DNA from: Octopus sinensis
Taxonomy: Eukaryota
Length of the DNA: 64,000 bases
Assembly (NCBI RefSeq): GCF_006345805.1
Contig: NC_043004.1
Location: 104,656,001-104,720,000 of the forward strand
Reading direction: 5' to 3'
Shown here: piece by piece, positions 49,882 through 63,447 of the stretch
Layout of the letters: every line of letters begins with the position of its first letter
Numbering within the stretch: the stretch's first letter is position 1
Notes under the pieces: model-generated
What the model saw: the letters and a program-made list of their open reading frames with translations, nothing else
The model's database searches: none
Told to the model about the DNA's origin: nothing
Position numbers and translations under genes: made by a program

Positions 49882-50165
49882 CATCATCATCATCATCATC
49901 ATTTAGCGTCCGCTTTCCATGCTAGCATGGGTTGGACGGTTCAACTGGGGTCTGGGAAGCCAGAAGGCTGCACCAGGCCCAGTCTGATCTGGCAATGTTT
50001 CTACGGCTGGATGCCCTTCCTAACGCCAACCACTCCGTGAGTGTAGTCAGTGCATTTTACGTGCCACCGGCACAGGTACCAGACGAGGCTGGCAAACGGC
50101 CACGATCGGATGGTGCTTTTTACGTGCCACCGGCACGGGAGCCAGGCGAGGCTGGCAATGGCCAT
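49882..50165 (-). mobile_element. RTE-type LINE/SINE 3' end with a (GAT)n tail
   Basis: Minus strand GTTGGCGTTAGGAAGGGCATCCAGCCGTAGAAAC...CATGCTAGCATGGAAAGCGGACGCTAAATGATGATG; internal ~75-bp tandem duplication. Confidence 0.65.
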
Positions 50166-50300
50166 AGATATACATATTTAAAAATACATTCAACGTAATT
50201 TTTCGTTGGTGTGCCGTTCAGAAAGTTCCTTGAATCGAAGTTTGTGTATGACTGATCTAAAATTTCCTCGTGAGCTCGAAAGGTTCTGGACTTGTGGACA

Positions 50301-51062
50301 AAGTATGTAGATGTTGTTTGGAAACATACAATTTGTACACTGACACTAGACATACACAACATTCTACATAAAATCCTACAAGTGTTTCAAAATATAAGTT
50401 ATACTAGTGTACTGGGATTCCAGTCTAAAACTTAACCGGGGGAGCGCATCCAATATGAAAATCGTTTGACCTACTTCAATATTCTTGATTACATAACCTT
50501 TGGAAGTTTTTTAAATGGACCAAAATAGTTCGAAACATCATATTCTTCAAATTGCTCCCGTTATTTGAACCTATGAAACACTTGTAAGATTCTATGTAGA
50601 TTGTTGTGTATGTCTAGTGTCAGTCTACAAATTGTATGTGGAGGCGCAATGGCCCAGTGGTTAGGGCAGCGGACTCGCGGTCGTAGGATCGCGGTTTCGA
50701 TTCCCAGACCGGGCGTTGTGAGTGTTTATTGAGCGAAAACACCTAAAGCTCCACGAGGTTCCGGCAGGGGATGGTGGTGATCCCTGCTGTACTCTTTCAC
50801 CACAACTTTCTCTCACTCTTACTTCCTGTTTCTGTTGTACCTGTATTTCAAAGGGCCGGCCTTGTCACTCTCTGTGTCACGCTGAATATCCCCGAGAATT
50901 ACGTTAAGGGTACACGTGTCTGTGGAGTGCTCAGCCACTTACACGTTAATTTCACGAGCAGGCTGTTCCGTTGATTCGGATTAACCGGAACCCTCATCGT
51001 CGTAACCGACGGAGTGCTTCCACACACACAAATTGTATGTTTCCAAGCAACAGCCACATACT
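50301..51062. mobile_element. TIR/foldback element (~90-bp arms) whose right arm is interrupted by a SINE
   Basis: 50301-50389 is the reverse complement of 50574-50639 plus 51041-51062. Confidence 0.75.
50640..51027 (+). mobile_element. Family C tRNA-derived SINE, full length, 13-bp TSD
   Basis: A-box TGGCCCAGTGG and B-box GGTTTCGATTCC; TSD ACAAATTGTATGT at 50627-50639 and 51028-51040. Confidence 0.92.
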
Positions 51063-51877
51063 TCATCAACATCTATAGACTAACTCAATAGTCAATATCT
51101 ACACCCTGTGGCAGCGAACTGCTAGAACCCTCAGCACACCGGACAAATTGCTTAGCGACATTTCTTCCGGTTTAACTTTCCGAGTTCAAATTCCACAGAG
51201 ACCGACCTTACCTTTCATCCTTTCGGTATCAATTAGTCCATGTTGGGCACTGGAGATGATGTACTCAACGTACCCACCCCACCACCAAATTTCAGGCCTT
51301 GTTCCGATATGAAAAAGAATGCTTACACGCTCTGGCCCTCCAGTCAACAATTACACATTGTTTTTATTCACTGTCAACTTTCATAAACTGTCTTCTCAAT
51401 AGCTTGAGTTTAATACCCACGGATTAAACAAATACATTCTATAGACGACGTCTGAATAGATAATGTGTTTACCTGTGAGAGGCAGTGTCAATATATGACA
51501 CGCGGAATATCTGTCTAGTCATAGAAACAACATGGTTTTACAATTTACATATTACTTATTAAATGTATTAAAATCAGCTGATAAAAAACATATCGTTGTT
51601 CATCGAAGCGTGACGTTTTGTACTTATATCAAATCTGCCTTTAGGTGCACAGGACTAGGTTATCTTGAAACAGTTGCTCAAAAGATAGAAGGAAAAGAAC
51701 AGATGTATTATTAAGCAGTCCAGAAGTAAGGTGAAGTAATGCAAGATTTAGACGAAGCCTAAAAAAGCGATTAGCAAAACTTGTCGTGACAGTGAGTGTG
51801 TGTGTGTGTGTGCGTGCGCGCGCGCGTGTGTGTGTGTGTATGTGTGTGTGTGTGTGATGTATGTGTGTGTGTGCGTG

Positions 51878-51911
<34 letters not shown>

Positions 51912-52170
51912 AGTGAGTGAGTGTGTGTGTGTGTGCGTGCGTGTGAATGTATGTATGTGTGTGTGTGTGTGTGTGTGTGTGCATGTGTGTGTTCTGGATT
52001 AGCAGACTGCTTTCAGAACACGAAGAGTCAAGGTGAATAAAATGTGGGAATTACGAGTAAATAATCTGTAACTGAGCATAAATTGTATGATGTGTTTTTA
52101 GTTGCATAAATATTTACCTGTCACGCAATCCAATCATTTATGCATCGAAGTGCCATATCCTATAAATATA

Positions 52171-52365
52171 GGCGCAGAAGTGGCTGTGTGGCAAGAAGCT
52201 TGCTTCCCAACCACATGGTTCTAGGTTCAGTCCCATTGCTTGGCGCCATGGGCAAGTGACTTCTACTATAAAATATCCTCGAGCTGACCAAAACCTGTTG
52301 AGTGGATTTGATAGACGGAAGCTGAAGAAGCTCGTCGTTTATATTATATAATATATATATAATAC

Positions 52366-52407
<42 letters not shown>

Positions 52408-52642
52408 TTGTGTGTGGTGTGTGTTGGTTGTGTTGTTTGTGTGCTGCGTTTGACACCCCCCCCCATCCTCGCTTGAAACCGATGCTGGTGTGTTGACGTC
52501 CCGTCACCTAGTGGTTCGGCAAAAGAGCCGATAGAATAAGTACTAGGCTTACAAAGAAAAAGTCACGGGGGCGATTTATTCGATTAAAAATGTGGTGGCC
52601 CAGCATAGCCGCCAGTCAAATGACTGAAACAAGTAAAAGAGT
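52171..52642 (+). mobile_element. Family A SINE
   Basis: Collinear with the 30770 copy. Confidence 0.8.
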
Positions 52643-52801
52643 ATGTATATATATATATATATATAATATATATATATATAATATATGATATATATATAAT
52701 ATATATATATATGTATATATGTAGTCGGGTTGAGTCGGGGTAACCACAGTAAATAAGGTACTCAATACATAGCAGAGTAAATTAATTTATTATATAGAAG
52801 G

Positions 52802-52852
52802 AGCTTCTACAGGACTAGAACTGTTCCATTCAAAAGAAATCATCAGGAAGCT
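52802..52852 (-). ncRNA. Minimal type I hammerhead motif, left arm (GGAA variant)
   Basis: AGCUUC CUGAUGA UUUCUUUUGAAU GGAA CAG-UUCUAGUC-CUG UA/ GAAGCU; GAAA is altered to GGAA. Confidence 0.5.
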
Positions 52853-54011
52853 AGTTGACAAGAGTTGTTTTGGCATTTATACATTTAGGCAGGTTTAAAG
52901 GGGTGGTGGTGGGGGACTTTTTGGGGGTAGGCATGGCGCAAAACTATCATTATTAGGGGAGTGGTCAAAGGAATCGGTGGTAAAGTAGATAAAAGAATAA
53001 ATAAAAGAATAAAAGAATAAATAGAAAAATAGAGTTTTAGGTAACTAAGGAGACTCTCACTTATACATATACATATACATATATATACACCCACATATTC
53101 ACATATATATATATATATATACATACACATATATACACATATATATATATACATATACATATATATATACATATATATATATATACACATACACATGCAC
53201 ATACACACACATACACATATACATACATATACATATATGTATACACACTCGCACATATATATACATACACACACATACACATGCATATACATGCACACAC
53301 ATACACACACATTTTCATTCCCTTATTTTAATTTTATTATTACTTTTGTTTATATCTTTATTTTTATCTTGACCTCGGTCAGCCAGTCTCAAGGGATGGT
53401 CTAAAGAGTCATTTATCTTTCTACTCACTGATACGAACGCAAACACTCACTCACGCCCACACACTCACACGTACACTCATACCCATACACACACGCACGT
53501 GTTATATCATACATATACATACATCTACATACATTCATGTATATTCACATACGTACACGTACCTACAGATTCATATCTACACGCATACACATACATACCT
53601 CAATACACCCCGAAGACTAGTCCATACATATACACTAATAAATATATATACACATATACATATACACATACATACACATACATATATATATACATATATC
53701 TACATATACATATACATACACATATACATACATACATATATACACATACACACATATATATATATATGCGTACACATACACACACACACACGCGCATCTA
53801 TATATACACATAAGTACACGTATATATATTTATTATTTATTTTTGAGTATGCATGTATGTATATATGTATATGTCTGTATGCATGAATGTATTTATGAAT
53901 ATAAGGAGGCGCGTGTGTGTGTGGATGTGTATGCATATGTATAAACATATGTATACATTTATGCATGTATGTACTTATGTGTATATATAGATGCGCGTGT
54001 GTGTATGTGTA

Positions 54012-54050
<39 letters not shown>

Positions 54051-54936
54051 ATGTGTATATATGTATGTATGTATATGTGTATGTATACGTATATGTATAT
54101 ATATGTATATATATATGTATGTGTATGTATGTGTATGTATGTGTATATGTGTATATATATTTATTAGTGTATATGTATGGACTAGTCTTCTGTGGTGTAT
54201 TGAGGTATGTATGTGTATGCGTGTAGATATGAATCTGTAGGTACGTGTACGTATGTGAATATACGTGAATGTATGTAGATGTATGTATGTATGTATGAAT
54301 ATAACACGTGCGTGTGTGTATGGGTATGAGTGTACGTGTGAGTGTGTGGGCGTGAGTGAGTGTTTGCGTTCGTATCAGTGAGTAGAAAGATAAATGGACT
54401 CTTTAGACCATCCCTTGAGACTGGCTGACCGAGGTCAAGATAAAAATAAAGATATAAACAAAAGTAATAATAAAATTAAAATAAGGGAATGAAAATGTGT
54501 GTGTATGTGTGTGCATGTATATGCATGTGTATGTGTGTGTATGTATATATATGTGCGAGTGTGTATACATATATGTATATGTATGTATATGTGTATGTGT
54601 GTGTATGTGCATGTGTATGTGTATATATATATATATGTATAATATATGTATATGTTATTATAATATGTGTATATATGTGTTGTATATATATATATATATG
54701 TGAATATGTGGGTGTATATATATGTATATGTATATGTATAAGTGAGAGTCTCCTTAGTTACCTAAAACTCTATTTGTCTATTTTCTTTTATTTATTCTTT
54801 TATCTACTTTACCACCGATTCTTTGACCACTCCCCTAATAATGATAGTTTTGCGCCATGCCTACCCCCAAAAAGTCCCCCCCACCACCCCTTTAAACCTG
54901 CTAAATGTACAAATGCCAAAACAACTCTTGTCAACT

Positions 54937-54986
54937 AGCTTCCTGATGATTTCTTTTGAATGAAACAGTCTAGTCCTGTAGAAGCT
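54937..54986 (+). ncRNA. Minimal type I hammerhead motif, right arm
   Basis: AGCUUC CUGAUGA U-UUC-UUUU-GAA-U GAAA CAG-UCUAGUC-CUG UA/ GAAGCU: 6-bp stem I, intact core, GUA triplet. Stem II is weak with a U-U closing position. Confidence 0.68.
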
Positions 54987-55124
54987 CCTTCTATATATTT
55001 ATATATATATATAATATATATATATATATTTAGATATACATATATATATATAATACTCTTTTATATATATATATACTCTTTTACTCTTTATATATGTATA
55101 TATATATATATATATATTATATAT

Positions 55125-55169
<45 letters not shown>

Positions 55170-55800
55170 TGTATACGTATTCGTGAGCATATTTACGTAT
55201 GTATCTGTATGTGTATGTGTGTCTATGTGAGTGACCCAAACCATGACACTAGAACTATATATTTAAACGACACGCGTTTAGATGGTCATCGGGTTCAATA
55301 CTATGTTGTACCGCTACGCAATAATTCCTTAACATAACCAAACCAAAGAATAAACAGCAGGCGTAACATTGCTGCAAACAATGTAGCAGCAGGAAGAAAG
55401 TGCAGTTAAGATTGTTTTTAAGTCCCAAGTTGCAACGTAGAAAAACGTGGAATGTATAAAACATCCGGTTTATCTGGTAAATAACCGTCTACCAAAGTTC
55501 ATTGTAGTCAAAATAGCGTTACTTCTCTCTCGCTCTGCTCTGAGTTCCTCACATAAACGTAATATGTGAGAGAGAAACCAAATGTTATTCGAGTGAGGAA
55601 ATTTACTGCTCCAGACAAACTCTAAAGAACTAAGTAAACATGGATGGAACCTTGGATGGATAATATGAGATTAGTCTTCAATGCAACACACAAGCAATGA
55701 CACGAATATACACTCACTCGTACCCAGAGAAATGCATGCAAACACACATATATACACATAGTGCTACTAAGTTAGATATGGCCTGACCCGAAGATGGCCG

Positions 55801-57347
55801 ATGCATATAAACATATACTTATACACATACATACATGCATACACATACATACATACATACATACATACATACATACATACACACATACATACATGCATGC
55901 ATCCATGCATACATACATACATGCATGCATGCATACATACATGCATGCATACATACATACATGCATACATACATACATGCATGCATACATACATACATAC
56001 ATACATGCATTTATACATACATACATTTATGCATACATACATACATACATACATGCATGCATGCATACACGCATGCACACATACATGCATACATACATAC
56101 AAACATACATGCATACATACATACATGCATGAATACATACATACATACATACATACATGCATTCACACACATACATACATGCATACATACATGCATACGT
56201 ACATGCATTCATACATGCATACATGCATACATACATGCATGCATACATACATGCATACATACATGCATGCATGCATACACACATGCACACATACATGCAT
56301 GCATACATACAAACATACATGAATACATACATACATGCATACATGCATACACACATACATACGTACGTACATACATACATACACATACATACATACATAC
56401 ATACATGCATACATGCATACACACATACATACGTGCATGCATACATACATACATACATACATGCATACAAGCATACATGCATACATACATACATGCATGC
56501 ATACATACATACATACATACATACATACATACATACATACATACATACATACATACATACAAACCGGTTCAATTTCCACTCATTTATTATTTTTCTCTCC
56601 TGAAATTTCCGTTGCTTCTTTCAATCTCTTTAGTTGTTGTTGACTTTGTTCGTTGTTGGATCTGCGTTATTTTTGTTCATTTGTTTGTACACATGTCTGT
56701 GCAGATTTGTAAGTATGTATGCATGTATGTATGTATGTATGTATGTATGTATGTATGTATGTATGTATGTATGTATGTATGTATGAATGTATGTATGTAT
56801 GTATTATGTATACATGTATTTTTGTATGTATGTATGCATGCATGTATGTGTGCATGTGTGTATGCATGCATGTATGTATGTATGTATGTATGCATGTATG
56901 TATGTATGTATGTATGTATGTATGTATGCATGCATGTATACACATGTATCATGCATGCATGTATGTATGTATATATGCATGCATGTATATATGTATGTAT
57001 GAATGTATGTATGTATGAATGTATGTACGTACGTATGTATGTATGCATGTATGTGTATGTATGTATGTATGAATGAATGTACGTATGTATGTATGTATGT
57101 ATGTATGCATGCATGCATGCATGTATGTATGTATGTATGCATGCATGTATACATATATGTATTCATGCATGCATGTATGTATATATATATGCATGCATGT
57201 ATGTATGTATGTATGTATGTATGTATGTATGTATGTATGTATGTATGCATGCATGTATACATATATGTATTCATGCATGCATGTATGTATATATATATGC
57301 ATGCATGTATGTATGTATGTATGTATGTATGTATGTATGTATGTATG
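55801..57347. repeat. (CATA/CATG)n then (TATG/CATG)n tracts in inverted orientation with a ~150-bp spacer
   Basis: 55801-56560 and 56712-57347 are mutually complementary tetranucleotide arrays. Confidence 0.92.
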
Positions 57348-57464
57348 TTGCTACCCTCATTTGCGCCTCCTGCTGCGAAATAGGTTCATCTGGGATTCTC
57401 GACAGTTTTGATTTGAAAATACCTACATCCACTTTGTGTGGGTCCAAAGAATATGAAAAAGCTG

Positions 57465-58590
57465 TGGTTTTATATTTATAACGTGATTACACTTCACTAC
57501 CGAGCGCAGGTCTGTGTGCCTTGGGTATATGTTGTGATTTGTTGTGATGCTCTGATGGTTATTGTATTGAAAGTGTTCTGCGTAGGATGTGTGCAGTGCC
57601 TAGTAGTGCATTTTTCTGCATGTTATATGTGTTTGTAAGTCTTGGTGTTTTTGTTATGTATTTGTCTGAATATTTTTTTTTAGCATGCCTAATGCACCTA
57701 CTATGATAGGAATTGTTTCTGTTTTTAGATTCCACATTCTAGTGACCTCTATTTCCAGGTCTTTGTATCTTGAAAGTTTCTTAATTTCTTTTAGAGACAC
57801 GTTGTCATCTGCTGGTATCGATACATCAATTAGAAAGCTTTTTTTTTCTTCATGATCTCTGACAACTATATCTGGTCTGTTGGCCTTAATTTCTCTTTGT
57901 GTATTGGCATATCCCAGAGTATGGTTGCTTTCTCGTTTTCTGTGACCTTTTCTGGTGTGTGCCTATACCATCTTTTTTCTGTTGTTATTCCATAATGTTG
58001 GCATAGCTTCCAATGTATGTAGCTCCCAACTCTGTCGTGTCTGTGAATATATTCCTTCTTAGCCAGGACTGGGCAGCTAGAGATAATATGATTTATTGTT
58101 TCTTGCCCATCTCCACATATTCTGCAGTTACTTGTTATATTTCTTTTCATTACATATTTTTGGTAATTTCTGGTGGGGAGGCTTTGGTCTTGTGCTGCAA
58201 TTAAAAAACCCTCTGTCTCTGCTTTGAGTCCCGAGCTTCTCAACCATTGCTGGGATTTTTCTTTGTCTATTTCTTTTGCATTTAGTTTAGTCTAGTACTT
58301 GCCATGAAGGGGCTTTTCTTGCCATCGCTTTATCATGGTCCGTTGCTGTTCTAGTTTTAGTTTTGATTTCCTTTGCTTTATAGATTTTGTTGTGTTTTTC
58401 TTCTTCTCCTTCTCTTCTTCTCTTCTTCTTCTCTTCTTCTTCTTCTCTTCTTCTTCTTCTTTTCTTCTCTTCTTCTTCATATTTGTTAGGTGGTATGATT
58501 TCTTGTTTGTATTTGTCAGCTTCCTTAAATACTGAGAACATCTTTTGGTTTTGCTCGTGTTTTGCGGCTATTTGTATCAGTTTTCCTTGC
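57465..58590 (-). mobile_element. 5'-truncated R4/Dong-type LINE (restriction-like endonuclease), copy 1
   Basis: SSGLKAETEGFLIAAQDQSLPTRNY, CRICGDGQETINHIISSC knuckle, WDMPIH, RPD endonuclease motif and LGTAHILRRTL; the 5' end abuts (TAA)n. Confidence 0.88.
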
Positions 58591-58644
<54 letters not shown>

Positions 58645-58713
58645 TATTATTATTATCATTATTATTATTATTATTATTATTATCATTATTATTATAATTA
58701 TTATTATTATTAT

Positions 58714-60428
58714 TCTATGTTTGACTTTTGCTTTATATTGTACAAGTTGGCTCCAAGTCTCACCCAGAGACCTCAAGAGACAACAGGGTTGGAAGTTCAT
58801 GTGTTGTTATGCCTAGTGTGCCATATATTTGGGGGGTGGGGATGTGTACTAATGAATGTCGAAAAAAAAAAAGTTTTTTTTTTTTTTTTTTTTTTAAACC
58901 GAAAATTTTGGTTGTTTTAACCTTGAGGTTACATAGAGAGTATTTTGCGCAGGATATGAGCAGTTCCCATGAGCACTATCTTTTGAACTTCTGCCATTTT
59001 TGGGGTTCCTGGTATCTGAGTTAGGTAGCTATCAGCCCCTTTTGCTATCATTCCCAGGGCACCTATGACAACAGGTATTGTTTTAGTCTTCAGCTTCCAC
59101 ATTTTGCTGATTTCTATTTCAAGATCTTTATATTGCTCAGTTTTTGGTAGGTCCTGACAGATACGTTTATATCGATTGGGACAGTCATATCAATGAGGAG
59201 GCATGTTCTTTGTTTGAAGTCTTTCAATATGATGTCTGGCCTATTTGCATCTATCTTCCTGTCAGTTTGAATGGTGAAGTTCCAGAGGAGTGAGATGTGG
59301 TCATTTTCAAGCACTGGGGGTGGTTTGTGTTTCCACCAGTTTTTTCATGGGGCAAATCCAGGTTTTTACAGATTACCCAGTGAATATATTGTGCAGCTCT
59401 ATCGTGCCTGTTGAGATACTCTGTAGGCGCTAGAAGACTGCACTTGGAGACCACATGGTCAATGGTTTCATTTTGTTGCTTGCATACACGACACGTTGGA
59501 CTGCTTCTGATCTTTAATATGTTGGCCTGGTAGTTTCTTGTTGGTAGGCATTGATCTTGAGCTGCTATGATAAACCCCTCTGTTTCAGATTTTAAGCCAG
59601 AGGCCATTAGCCATTGATGGGTCAGGGCTTTGTCGATATCTGCATTATTCGCTCTCTTTGGGTATTTGCCATAGAGAGGTTTTTCTTGCCATTTATTATT
59701 CAGAATATCTAGGCCGCAGTTTTAGCACGGGTTTTCATGCGCCTAGCTTTTTCTGTGCTTGTTTCTTGTATGTCTATCTCTAATTCCGAAATTGGTTGTA
59801 TTCGGAATTCACTTAGATATTCCTTTGCCTGTTTTGTGACTGAGTATGATGCTTTCTTGTTTTCATGTTTTGAGACAAGTTTTAACATCCAGTCCTCAGA
59901 GTTTTTCAGGTAGGTGTCTAGGCCAATTGTAGCAATCTTCATTGTTATTGCCAGTTGCAAAAGACCACGGCCTCCCTCTTTTCTTGGCAGATAGAGTCGT
60001 TCTGTATCTGCCTTAGGGTGGTGCATTCTATGCATTGTCAACAGTTTCCTTATTTTTCTGTCGAGCTGACATATTTCAGTAATTGACCAGTTAACAATAT
60101 TGAAACTGTAAGTCACGACTGGTATAGCTAATGCATTGATTGCTTCGATCCTGTTTCTTGCATTCAGCTCTGTCTTGAGTATTGCTCTCACTCTTCGATA
60201 GCATTCTCTCCTGATCCTTTCCTTCATCTCTGAATGCCTTATTCCGTTCCCTTCAATTACCCCTAGGTACTTGTAGCTCTCCGCTGGGTCTAGTTCTTTT
60301 ATGACATTCTGTTGGTCAAGGTTAACGTTAGATGTTTCTGTCATTTTTCCTTTGATAAAGGTAGCCTTTGCACATTTATCGAGGCCGAATTGCATTCTGA
60401 TGTCGTCACTGAATTGTTTGACTATCGC

Positions 60429-60430
<2 letters not shown>
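58714..60430 (-). mobile_element. 5'-truncated R4/Dong-type LINE, copy 2 (different subfamily)
   Basis: FGLDKCAK, YKYLG, LYLPRKEGGRGL, CRVCKQQNETIDHVVSKC and RPDIILKD...LIDMTVP; stop at 58929; both ends are in (TAA)n. Confidence 0.9.
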
Positions 60431-60476
<46 letters not shown>

Positions 60477-60816
60477 CATCATCATCATCATTATTTACAC
60501 CAATACAACCAACCGCCGAATTATATTTGCAAAAGCGGATCTTCATCTGATATGCCACTTTCAAGCAAGGACTTTTATAGAGGTGTATAAAACCAATCCT
60601 TGTTGATATTATTTTTGATTTCATGTTATAATATTATTTATTTGTTTGTTTGTTTGTTTGCATATTAAACCGTTTCTGCTGTCACTTAAAATTCACCACT
60701 TACCACACTTCTGTTTGCGATTCTTCGGAATATCGACTTAGATTTTTATCACGAGTGTAAACGCTTGAAACCGAATACAGATAGAATTTGTTATTAAAGC
60801 TTCTCCTTGCGTCCTC

Positions 60817-60838
60817 AACTACTACTACTACTACTACA

Positions 60839-60910
<72 letters not shown>
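60817..60910. repeat. (CTA)n microsatellite
   Basis: Direct reading. Confidence 0.95.
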
Positions 60911-60912
<2 letters not shown>

Positions 60913-61213
60913 AGCTGTTGCCGCCGCCGCCTCCACCACCACGTCTACTGCTAGTATTACTAGTAGCTTTCCGTGACTTTTTTCTCCCTCATTTTCTTTT
61001 TGGTTATTTATTTGGATGCAAACAAACAACAGATGTAGCTTATGTAACTGCCCAATCGGTAGTTAAGCAACGCGGATCTGTAGAAAGACATACGTATGTA
61101 GTATAAAGAGCAAGTGACAAGGAGAAGCGAGTGAGTGGGTGAGTGAGAGATAGGAGGTAGGGAGGGAGGGAGAAGAGGATGGTTGGATGTTGTTGTTGAT
61201 GATGATGGTGATA

Positions 61214-61769
61214 AATGCCCTGATGCAGTACCAGCCACTGGCTCTCATGGCTTCTGATCTCAACTGACTGGAAGTGTTATCAAGTACATGTTTTGTCTTC
61301 ACATAAAAGATGAGCCACAGCAAATATTTCGTTCCATACCACAAATTTGCTTGTCAGTTGTTTGACCTTAACCAGTTGGTAGCTGACGATTTGTTGCATC
61401 TCTGATCACGAGCAGAAGTAGTGGGGGCTCATCATAACAATGTGTTGAGGTGAATTCTTTGGGGTTTGAATAATTCACCTCTGGAAATATGGATATTTCG
61501 TTCTTCATCTTTAAACAACCCTTACTCAGGGACCTTTTGAGCAGGATAGACTACATGACATAAAGAAAATTCTCGCTGGGCCAACCTGCAAGGTCATGCA
61601 CTGTTTATCTTGATATGAGACCACCATGTTGCGCACATATGGTTGTGATGCATGTGCTTGGTGTAACCTTACCAGAGGGGTAGTCATGATAGATATATTG
61701 GGCTTAGTATATTTGTACCCCAGTGTTACTTTGATGGCATGCATTGATCTCTCACTCAATAATAATAAT
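61214..61769 (+). mobile_element. ~560-bp non-coding interspersed element with an (AAT)n tail (second copy)
   Basis: Collinear with the reverse complement of 43125-43712; starts in a GAT/GTT repeat and ends CTCACTCAATAATAATAAT. Confidence 0.8.
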
Positions 61770-63400
61770 GATATTTTCTTTATTAACCACTGAGGGTTCA
61801 TATAAAAGCATTGGGAACGGTGCAAAACAATGCACCGCCGTCACTACTATTCAAATCCAGAACCACCAACTTACTTTCTGCATCCTGGAAGATAGTCCTT
61901 ACGTTGAGATCCAGATCTCTCCGAAACAACACCGCAGTCCCACTCCCATTCCCAGTTGATATCAAGATAAATATATCTTGTATTCATCGAAAATGGGCAT
62001 GAATGCTTGTCGATCGGAGAGTTTGCTTTCACTCATAGCTACTACATCTACACTTAGCAATCTGAAGTCGCCGAATAGATGGCTTTGTTTCCAAGGTTAC
62101 TCCAGGCTACGTGCATTTATACTCCCTATCCTAAGATAAAGGTCATGCCATATTAAGGAACAGATGCGGAAAAGGTTACTTATAGTGATTTTGTTGGTGA
62201 GGTGAGGTGTATGTTCCCTCCCCATTTCTATATTGGGATGTTTCCATAAGCAGTTCTTCATACAGTCTTTTGTTGATATTTGTCTTGAAAACACCGACGC
62301 CTTCAGGATATTTAGTTTCTATAGGGTTGTATATATTTTGTGACGTAAGGATGACCTTTATGTGTGTTGATATGTTGCTTGTTGGTGTGATAAAATCGGT
62401 GTGTGTGATATCTGTATGGTTATATATGTGTTCCATCAGTGCTTTATTGTTGGTGTTTATGACTGTGTAGTTGATAATGTTTGGATTTTGCTGGTGTTCA
62501 GATGTACGACCTGAGAGTTGTGTGTGTGTGAATTGGGTTGTGTTTGTGATGGTGGTGTCTGTGATAGGGATGATGTTGTTGTTGACGGTACTGGTGTGGC
62601 TACTGTTGGGGGTAGTATTTGGGTATTTGGTCTGAAAGGCGTCTCCCTCATCTGATCATACTTGCGAGTTGTTTTGTGAAGACATCGGTGTACTTTAGTT
62701 TATTTTTCTTTAGTTTGTTTTTCTGCCAACATTTTGCTACTTTGGCTCTTTGTCGTCCCACTCACTACAGGTCATGTCTGACTGGTGCGAACACGGAAGG
62801 AGTAAGCCTTACGGAGATTTTTGCTTATTGTTCTTGTTTCGGGGGATTCTGATGCTGGTATGTGGAGGCCATAGACATTGCTAGCACTCTGTTCTGTTTG
62901 CTGCTGTTGCTTCCTCTCTTGTTGTTCTTTTTATTACTGCTGTCGGTGCTACTGTTGCTGCTGCTTCTGTTGTTTTTGCAACTGTAGTGGTCACCTGACA
63001 CTGCTGGTACTGTTGCTGTTGTTGTGGCGATGTCGGAAAAAGCAGGAGGTGGGGCTCCCTTTCTCTTTTGTTATGGCCTTTAGATGATTTGTGTCCTTAC
63101 ACAGGTGATACCTCGGCTCTCTACCCCCAACGGTCACGTGGAGGCTGGTGCCATCTGGTAAATTTATGACGTCCGGAATTGCTTTTAAACTTTCTTTATC
63201 CATTTGTACCTACAACTCTAAGCCTCGTCCCAACCAGTTTCGTTTATGCAGTTTCCACACCTGTATTATGATGTTTCTGTTTTGGTCCTCTATGTCCAGG
63301 AGGACAGCTACCACCAACCAACAGATGACTATTTCTGACGTTATGACTCCAATTTTTATTTTTTCCACTCTACGACCCAGGAAAAATAACACACAGCATC
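61770..63400 (-). mobile_element. Decayed, internally deleted Tx1-like LINE (ORF1 3' part, APE N-terminus, 3' terminus)
   Basis: LGRRVEKIKIGV, NWLGRGLEL and LKAIPDVINLPDGTSLHVTVGGREPR are homologous to ORF1 at 38.5 kb. IGSINARSL...MSESKL...GSGTAVLF is the APE start; then directly CCCTCAGTGGTTAATAAAGAAAATATC(ATT)n. Confidence 0.78.
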
Positions 63401-63447
63401 AACTGAGGTTTCTCTCTCACACACGAGTGGAAACCTGCTGTGATTAG

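Larger units (their letters stand above)
52721..54997. mobile_element. Inverted duplication (~1.03-kb arms, ~150-bp spacer) of a hammerhead-bearing Penelope-like terminal segment
   Basis: 52791-53818 is the reverse complement of 53970-54997, including unique non-microsatellite blocks; flanked by (TA)n on both sides. Confidence 0.9.

Noticed and set aside
50640-50712. tRNA gene call for SINE heads
   Set aside because: A and B boxes are present, but each head continues into a multicopy SINE body with a TSD and no intact cloverleaf could be built.
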